Source of the DNA: Acidobacteriota bacterium
Lineage (GTDB): Bacteria > Acidobacteriota > Holophagae > Holophagales > Holophagaceae
Assembly: GCA_021786615.1 (NCBI GenBank)
Contig: JAJYMZ010000160.1
Coordinates: 1-38,640 of the forward strand
Length of the DNA: 38,640 nt
Reading direction: 5' to 3'
Part shown: piece by piece, positions 33,474 through 38,640 of the stretch
How the letters are laid out: each line of letters opens with the position of its first letter
How positions within the stretch are numbered: position 1 is the first letter of the stretch
Notes under the pieces: generated by a model
Seen by the model: the letters and a program-made list of their open reading frames with translations, nothing else
Told to the model about the DNA's origin: nothing
Databases searched by the model: none
Position numbers and translations under genes: made by a program

Positions 33474-34183
33474 GACTGCACCATATGGGTCCATGGCCAG
33501 ATGAACGACCAGCCTGGGCCACGGAAGAATGTGCCAATGATCGTCAAGGCCGCCGCAAGGATGACAAACCAGGTCATGATCCATTGCGGAAGCGAAAGAC
33601 GGGCCATGGCCTGTCTCCAGGTTCCTCCAGTGGAACCGCCTCGCGCCAGGTACATGGCCCCGGCCACAGCGGCGGTGGGCACCGCGGCAGCCCAACATTG
33701 GAAGCCCGCGAAAAAGAGCACCAGCGCGGATGCGGCAACCGCAAGGATCTGGGTGGTCCTCTTCTCATCCTTGCCTTCCCACAGCGGACCCGCGCTCAGG
33801 TTGATCCGGGCGTAGGGGATCACCGCGAGAGCGACTACCACCAGGCCGGGGATGAGCACACCAGCCACGATGGGCGGATAATAGTGGAGCAGTTCCTGCA
33901 ATCCCAGGAAGTACCAGGGAGCTTTGGCCGGATTGGGAGTCTCGACGGGGTTCGCGATCCCCTCTAGCGGCGCGTTGAACACGAGCGCCAGGATCGCCAG
34001 GAAGATCACCACGATCTGGAAGAGGATGACTTCCCGGATGATCAGGTGCGGGTAGGCCATCACGAATTTTTCAGAGCTTCGCCGGACGGAGGGGCGGAGG
34101 TCGGGCCGGAGCAGGGCCACGCGCCGCGGCGTCTCGACAGGGTCGTTGGATTCAACCGCGGTGAGCGGGGGAAGGGCGCTCAT
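33470..34183 (-). CDS. cytochrome b C-terminal half / b6f subunit-IV-like protein
   Basis: [17 protein letters not shown] (PEWY-region equivalent) plus several TM helices. ATGA overlaps at both ends. Confidence 0.8.
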   Translation of the reverse strand: MSALPPLTAVESNDPVETPRRVALLRPDLRPSVRRSSEKFVMAYPHLIIREVILFQIVVIFLAILALVFNAPLEGIANPVETPNPAKAPWYFLGLQELLHYYPPIVAGVLIPGLVVVALAVIPYARINLSAGPLWEGKDEKRTTQILAVAASALVLFFAGFQCWAAAVPTAAVAGAMYLARGGSTGGTWRQAMARLSLPQWIMTWFVILAAALTIIGTFFRGPGWSFIWPWTHMVQS

Positions 34184-34950
34184 GGCTCCTCCTCATGGAA
34201 AGCATCGGGTGCCTCCTCGGAGGGGCCCTTGACGCCGCCGTCTTTCCGGATGCGCCAGATGTGGACGCCAAGGAACAAGAAGAGGACGACCGGCAGGAGC
34301 ACGCAGTGCAGGACGTAAAAACGCAGCAGCGCGTTCTCGGAAACGGCGTTTCCACCCAACAGGAAGAAGCGGAGCTTGTCGCCGATGACGGGCGCTTCCC
34401 GCGCCATGTTCGTTCCGACCGACACGCCCCAGAACGCGAGCTGGTCCCACGGGAGAAGATACCCGGTGTAGGAAAGGAACAGCGTCAGGACAAGGAGAAC
34501 CACCCCGACGACCCAGTTGAACTGGCGCGGGGGCTGGTAGGCTCCGTGGTAGAAGACGCGCAGCATGTGGAGGAAAGCGCCAAACACCATCAGGTGCGCC
34601 CCCCACCGGTGCAGGTTGCGGAGGAACACGCCGTTGTCCACGACGTATTTAAGTTCCTTCATGTCCTGGTATGCCTGGGGGACTGAAGGGTGGTAGTAGA
34701 ACATCAGCGGAACGCCCGAGGCGACGAGCACGATCACGCACACCATCGTGATGCCGCCCAGCCAATACGTATGCTTGAAGCGAAGGGCCTTCTCCCGCAC
34801 TTTGACCGGATGCACATGGAGAAAAAGGTTCTCGAAAACGATGAGCGACCGGTTGCGGCTCGTCTCGGCAACGCCATGCCGGACGATGGAGCGGTAGACC
34901 GAGGTTCCACGGAACCATCGGCCAAGGGAATCGAGCGAGGGAATGTTCAT
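34180..34950 (-). CDS. cytochrome b (b6-type N-terminal half)
   Basis: Helix B: [15 protein letters not shown], with 13 residues between the His ligands. Helix D: [16 protein letters not shown], with 14 residues between them, which is the b6-type spacing. [12 protein letters not shown] is also present. Confidence 0.9.
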   Translation of the reverse strand: MNIPSLDSLGRWFRGTSVYRSIVRHGVAETSRNRSLIVFENLFLHVHPVKVREKALRFKHTYWLGGITMVCVIVLVASGVPLMFYYHPSVPQAYQDMKELKYVVDNGVFLRNLHRWGAHLMVFGAFLHMLRVFYHGAYQPPRQFNWVVGVVLLVLTLFLSYTGYLLPWDQLAFWGVSVGTNMAREAPVIGDKLRFFLLGGNAVSENALLRFYVLHCVLLPVVLFLFLGVHIWRIRKDGGVKGPSEEAPDAFHEEEP

Positions 34951-35438
34951 GCGCGGAACACCTTTCCATGGGGGATGGTGATGGCGGTGTCCACCACGAG
35001 CTCTCCCTTGTCATCCACCTGCACATCAAGCCAGGGAAGCGCGCGAGGCGCCGGGCCATGAGTCACGTTGCCTTCCAGGTCGAACTTGCTCCCGTGGCAA
35101 GGACAGGCGATGAGCCCTTCATCCGAGACGTAGCGCGTGATGCACCCCAGGTGCGTGCAGACCGCGGAAAGGGCGAACACGCCGCCGGCCGTGCCGATGA
35201 CGAAGGCCCTTTGCTCCTTGTTGAAACGCACGGTGCCTTCGGTGTAATCAGACGGATTCCCGGCCTTGAATTTCGTGGGTGGCTCGAACAGAACTTTGGG
35301 TTTCAGAAAATCCAAGGTCACCACGCCCGCGCCCACCGCGGCGATGGCACAGGCCCCAAGGCCGACCCGGTTCATGAACTGCCGCCGGGTTGGGTCGTCG
35401 TCTTCGAGCAAGAGTTCCTCAGGCGGATTGTTCGACAC
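34947..35438 (-). CDS. Tat-exported Rieske [2Fe-2S] protein
   Basis: CTHLGC and CPCHGSKF boxes, with twin-arginine [18 protein letters not shown]. Start is ambiguous. GTG 35438 overlaps the upstream gene by 20 nt. TTG 35411 lies 4 nt after a GAGGA and 7 nt after the upstream stop. ATG 35537 would overlap by 119 nt. Confidence 0.88.
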   Translation of the reverse strand: MSNNPPEELLLEDDDPTRRQFMNRVGLGACAIAAVGAGVVTLDFLKPKVLFEPPTKFKAGNPSDYTEGTVRFNKEQRAFVIGTAGGVFALSAVCTHLGCITRYVSDEGLIACPCHGSKFDLEGNVTHGPAPRALPWLDVQVDDKGELVVDTAITIPHGKVFRA

Positions 35439-37269
35439 GGGGGCCAGACTGTGGTTGGGTTCTGAAGCTCTGCATGGTGATGGTCCCCACGGGGCAGCGC
35501 GCGGCGCAGAGGCCGCACCGGATGCAGGTCTCCTCATCCTTGATGAAGATCGCGCCCTGGCGCCGGCCTTCCCACAGGATGGGGGCGAGTTCCCGGGCCG
35601 CGTCGGGCAGCGTTTTGATCAGGCTGGAAGGCAGGATTTCGATGCAGTCTTCGGGACAGATGTCCTGGCAACCTCCGCAAAGAATGCACTCGGTTCCGTC
35701 CTCGGGAATCTGTTCGAAGATGGTGTTGGTCCAGCAATGCAGGCAGCGGGTCCCTTCAAGCTGGGCGGCGCCTTCACTGAAACACTCCTCCACTTCGGCG
35801 ATGCCGATGCGGCGGGAAATGGGGCGCGTGGGTGGATGCTGCCTGGGAATCCCCTCATAATCCAGCGCCCTTTCGTAGCGGGACGGAATGTCTATTTCGA
35901 CGGTGACTTCATCCACGGGGCAGGGGCGTCCCTGGAGGTGCTCATCAATGGATCTGGCGGCCTGCTTTCCGTCCGCGATGGCTTGGATGGCGATGCGGGG
36001 GCCGAAAGCGGCATCGCCGCCCGCGAAGATGCCCGGCGCCGTGGTCGCAAGGGTGTCCGGGTCAATGACGATCCTGCCTTGCCGCGTTTCGACGCCATCT
36101 TCGGCTGAAAGGAAGGAAAAGTCTCCGGTCTGCCCGATGGAGACGATGACCGTGTCGGTGGGCACGATCTCCTCGGAACCTTCGTGGAAGGTCGGAGCGA
36201 AGCGCCCGTTTTCATCGAAGAGGCGGGAAACCTGCCTGAATTCGATGCCCGTGACGGCACCCTTCTCGCCCACCAGCCGTTTCGGGCCGACGCTATGCAT
36301 GAAATGGATGCCTTCCCGCAGGGCTTCGTCAATTTCTTCCCTGGCCGCAGGCATTTCCGCCTCGGACTCCAGGGAGCACACCACGACGTCCCGGGCGCCG
36401 AACCGCACGGCGCTGCGAGCCACATCCAGGGCCTGCACCACCGAAAGGTTCCGTTCCATCCGGATGCTTTCGCCACCGCGGGCGGCCGTGCGGGCCACGT
36501 CCAGGGCCACGTTGCCGCCACCGATGATGACCACGCGGTGGCCCATCTCGACTTTATAGCCGAGGTTGATGTTCAACAGATAATCAATGCCTTTGAGCAC
36601 CCCATCGAACTCCATGCCGGGGATGGTGAGATCCCGGCTGCGCATGGCGCCGACGCCCAGGAAGATGGCCTTGTAGCCCTGCGCTTTTAAATCGGTCAGT
36701 GTGAGCCCTGAGCCCAGCCTGACATTGGTTCTGAGTTCGACGCCGAGGGACAAGATGGCATTCACTTCCAGTTGGATGAGTGCTCGGGGCAGCCGGTACT
36801 CGGGAACGCCCAGGCGCAGCATTCCACCGGCTACGGGCGCCGCCTCGAAAATGGTGACCGGATAGCCCAGCAGCGCTAGGTCATGGGCGCAGGCCAGTCC
36901 GGCGGGGCCCGAACCGATCACCGCGACCTTTTCACTTGGGTGCCGCGCGGCCCGCTGTCCATAAATTTCAGAAAGGATCGAGAGGTCCAGCATGCTTTCC
37001 ACGCCGAACCTCTCGGAGACAAATCGTTTCATGGCCCGGATGGCGATGGGCGCGTCCAGTTCCCCCCGCCGGCAAACTGCTTCGCAGGGGGCGGCGCAGA
37101 TGCGGCCGCAAATTGAGGCCAAGGGATTGGGCCGGCGAGCCACGGCATAGGCTTCGCGGTACTTCCCCTGCGCAATGAGCGTGACGTACTTGCCCGCTTC
37201 GGTATGCACCGGGCAGGCCCATTTGCAGGGGAAATTCTTTTCAAGCCACTCCTGGCTGACATCGGCCAT
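35419..37269 (-). CDS. GltD/SudA-like NAD(P)H-dependent Fe-S flavoprotein with C-terminal 2x[4Fe-4S] ferredoxin domain
   Basis: GltD-type N-terminus: CKWACPV...NPLASICGRICAAPCEAVC. Two dinucleotide folds: VAVIGSGPAGLACA and VVIIGGGNVALD. IFAGGD is present. The C-terminus has CLHCW, CILCGGCQDICP and CIRCGLCAARCP. No signal peptide. Confidence 0.88.
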   Translation of the reverse strand: MADVSQEWLEKNFPCKWACPVHTEAGKYVTLIAQGKYREAYAVARRPNPLASICGRICAAPCEAVCRRGELDAPIAIRAMKRFVSERFGVESMLDLSILSEIYGQRAARHPSEKVAVIGSGPAGLACAHDLALLGYPVTIFEAAPVAGGMLRLGVPEYRLPRALIQLEVNAILSLGVELRTNVRLGSGLTLTDLKAQGYKAIFLGVGAMRSRDLTIPGMEFDGVLKGIDYLLNINLGYKVEMGHRVVIIGGGNVALDVARTAARGGESIRMERNLSVVQALDVARSAVRFGARDVVVCSLESEAEMPAAREEIDEALREGIHFMHSVGPKRLVGEKGAVTGIEFRQVSRLFDENGRFAPTFHEGSEEIVPTDTVIVSIGQTGDFSFLSAEDGVETRQGRIVIDPDTLATTAPGIFAGGDAAFGPRIAIQAIADGKQAARSIDEHLQGRPCPVDEVTVEIDIPSRYERALDYEGIPRQHPPTRPISRRIGIAEVEECFSEGAAQLEGTRCLHCWTNTIFEQIPEDGTECILCGGCQDICPEDCIEILPSSLIKTLPDAARELAPILWEGRRQGAIFIKDEETCIRCGLCAARCPVGTITMQSFRTQPQSGPRVEQSA

Positions 37270-37274
37270 GTTAG

Positions 37275-37853
37275 TTACTTCGCGATCTCAAAATCCGCCT
37301 GGGTCGCGCCTGAGACTTTCACGGTCCTCTGAGTCCCTTTGAGCTTCTGATGCCAGACCTTCACCGTTAAGGAACCATCCGGAACGCCCGGAATGGTGTA
37401 ACTGCCATCGGCCTTCGTCACGGCAAAGTAGGGAGTAGGCACGGCCACCACAAAGCCTTCCATTTCTGGGTGGACCTTGCAGAGCAGCGTCGCAGTGCAT
37501 TCCGTCTTGAAGGTGAAGCTCTTCTTCTGGCCCTGGGGCCAGGTGCCGAGGTTGAACTTGCCGCAGCAGGCATCCGGAGAGAAGACGTTGTGCAGCACCG
37601 CGTCGGAGTTCTTGAAATCCACGGTAGTGCCGATGAGCACTGGCATCACGTGAGGGGTGAAAACCAGGTTCTTCTGGTCTATTTCGGCGTGCTTGGCGGG
37701 GGCGGTGAAAGTCTTGCCGGGGACCGCAGCCACGTAGACGACGGCGTTGGCGCTGTCGCGGACGCCTTTGCAGGTGACCTTTCCGTGGATGTCACCAGCG
37801 CTGAGGCCCGTGGCAAGGCTGAGGGTGAGCGCGCTGAAGAGGATTGTTTTCAT
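37275..37853 (-). CDS. secreted type-1 copper (cupredoxin) protein with carboxypeptidase-regulatory-like flanks
   Basis: Signal peptide. GTTVDFKNSDAVLHNVFS supplies His ligand 1. LLCKVHPEMEGFVV gives Cys-x2-His-x2-Met, an amicyanin-type loop. The His-to-Cys distance is 37 aa. The C-terminus has DGSYTIPGVPDGSLTVKV. Confidence 0.72.
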   Translation of the reverse strand: MKTILFSALTLSLATGLSAGDIHGKVTCKGVRDSANAVVYVAAVPGKTFTAPAKHAEIDQKNLVFTPHVMPVLIGTTVDFKNSDAVLHNVFSPDACCGKFNLGTWPQGQKKSFTFKTECTATLLCKVHPEMEGFVVAVPTPYFAVTKADGSYTIPGVPDGSLTVKVWHQKLKGTQRTVKVSGATQADFEIAK

Positions 37854-37870
37854 GATCGTTCTCTCTTTCT

Positions 37871-38640
37871 TTAAAAGGCGACACGCAAGACGGCGGCGAT
37901 GTCGAAGTTCTGGGATACGTTCAGGTCCTTGTGGTACTCGAGCATGGCCTTGACGTTCGCGGCCAGCAGGTAGCTGAGGTTTGCGTTCATGAAGCGGAGG
38001 GGCTTGATGCTTGTATCCCCGGGCGCCAGGCGCTCGTAACGGAGCGATGCCTGGAGGGGCGGCAGGATGACGTAGTCAGCCTGGACGAACCAGCCATTGA
38101 AGTCGCGGCTGCTCTCGGAAAGGATGAGCGTGTTGCCCGAGTCGCGGAGCTGGAGCTTGTCGTTGCCGTGGAGGATGACGCCGAAGAGATTCAGATCCCC
38201 GAACATCCAGGAGGCGAAGAGACCTGTGCGGGTGTACTGCGTGTCCTGCATGTGAAAGACGACAGGGTTGCCATTGGCGTCCGTGGCGGAGCCGGTGGTG
38301 GGATCCACCAACATTCCACTGGGGTCGGTGACCGCGTTGTCAATGCCCGTGCCGTTCCCGCTGAGGGCCAAAAGGCCGATGCGGAAGGAATTCTCACGCC
38401 AGTTTTCCGGGGGCAGATTCACGCCGGTGGTATCCCCATCGAGGCCCATTCCGCCGAACTTGTAGTCCACGCGAGCGTAGAAATCCTTGTGGGAGTTGTT
38501 GTTGAAATTGCCGTTGGGCAGGCCTGTGGCATCCATGCCGCCGGGGCCGATCTTGGAGGCGAAGCCGAAGGTGTAGAAGAAGCGGTGGGCCGCCACGCCG
38601 TAGACCTCGATGCCCCGCACCCGCGCAGGGAGGCTGACGA
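37871..38640 (-). CDS. probable outer-membrane beta-barrel protein (N-terminus lies outside the window)
   Basis: The frame stays open to nt 38640. Shows alternating aromatic/polar strand pattern, Gly/Asn/Asp-rich loops, and C-terminal ...AAVLRVAF. The stop lies 17 nt before the cupredoxin start. Confidence 0.5.
   Translation of the reverse strand, partial: VSLPARVRGIEVYGVAAHRFFYTFGFASKIGPGGMDATGLPNGNFNNNSHKDFYARVDYKFGGMGLDGDTTGVNLPPENWRENSFRIGLLALSGNGTGIDNAVTDPSGMLVDPTTGSATDANGNPVVFHMQDTQYTRTGLFASWMFGDLNLFGVILHGNDKLQLRDSGNTLILSESSRDFNGWFVQADYVILPPLQASLRYERLAPGDTSIKPLRFMNANLSYLLAANVKAMLEYHKDLNVSQNFDIAAVLRVAF

Noticed and set aside
35614-35629. Exact 16-mer TTTGATCAGGCTGGAA shared with the third GATCAGG repeat (4181-4196).
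   Set aside because: It lies inside the GltD-like coding sequence, where it encodes SSLIKT on the other strand. The expected number of chance 16-mer matches in about 38.6 kb on both strands is roughly 0.3 or higher given GC bias, so it is not significant alone.
1-38640. Search by eye for CRISPR arrays, tRNA/rRNA genes, IS elements, integrases, toxin-antitoxin pairs or defence-system hallmarks.
   Set aside because: I found no regularly spaced 25-40 nt repeats and no cloverleaf-like or rRNA-like segments in the short intergenic regions. No transposase, integrase, nuclease or ATPase defence signatures appear among the translated ORFs. A manual scan cannot fully exclude small RNAs.

Overview
This is a 38.6-kb GC-rich bacterial chromosomal segment with about 35 tightly packed protein genes. 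By eye I found no rRNA, tRNA, CRISPR array, transposase or integrase. All calls rest on motif reading of the supplied translations and the raw DNA; no searches were run.

The window is dominated by redox and respiratory genes. I count 28 CXXCH haem-c motifs in five proteins (10 + 8 + 8 + 1 + 1).

Layout:
- 1-3785: hybrid His-kinase (5' truncated), alpha/beta hydrolase and rho.
- 3786-4243: a 458-nt structured intergenic region. It holds a perfect 21-bp hairpin, a 3+3 inverted CTTCAGG cluster, and three GATCAGG repeats phased at 11 bp.
- 4271-7685: an MtrA/DmsE-type decahaem plus a Cys-free MtrB/PioB-type outer-membrane barrel, with no MtrC or CymA partner.
- 7740-9795: a CusRS-like two-component system.
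- 10117-11499: an HAO-family octahaem, transcribed divergently from a four-module SCP2 protein (11666-12880).
- 13129-17706: a Kdo/LPS-kinase-like gene with two G9 tracts, a MASE1-PAS kinase, and a secreted MsrB-MsrA fusion.
- 18022-25480: xdhC-mocA, then an HxlR-controlled oxidoreductase cluster that includes a ferredoxin-MBL fusion, then hutU.
- 25515-30909: miscellaneous genes (cytochrome c, PRTase, hydrolase, YchJ, pyrD, lipoprotein, lone scoB).
- 31048-38640: an eight-gene minus-strand operon.

The last operon is the best candidate for an undescribed system. It joins a Tat-Rieske protein, a split b6-type cytochrome b, an octahaem c and a monohaem c to a cytoplasmic GltD-like NAD(P)H Fe-S flavoprotein, an amicyanin-type cupredoxin and an outer-membrane barrel.

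The gene content suggests a Gram-negative metal-respiring or anaerobic lineage, possibly Acidobacteriota/Holophagae-like. That taxonomic guess is unverified.
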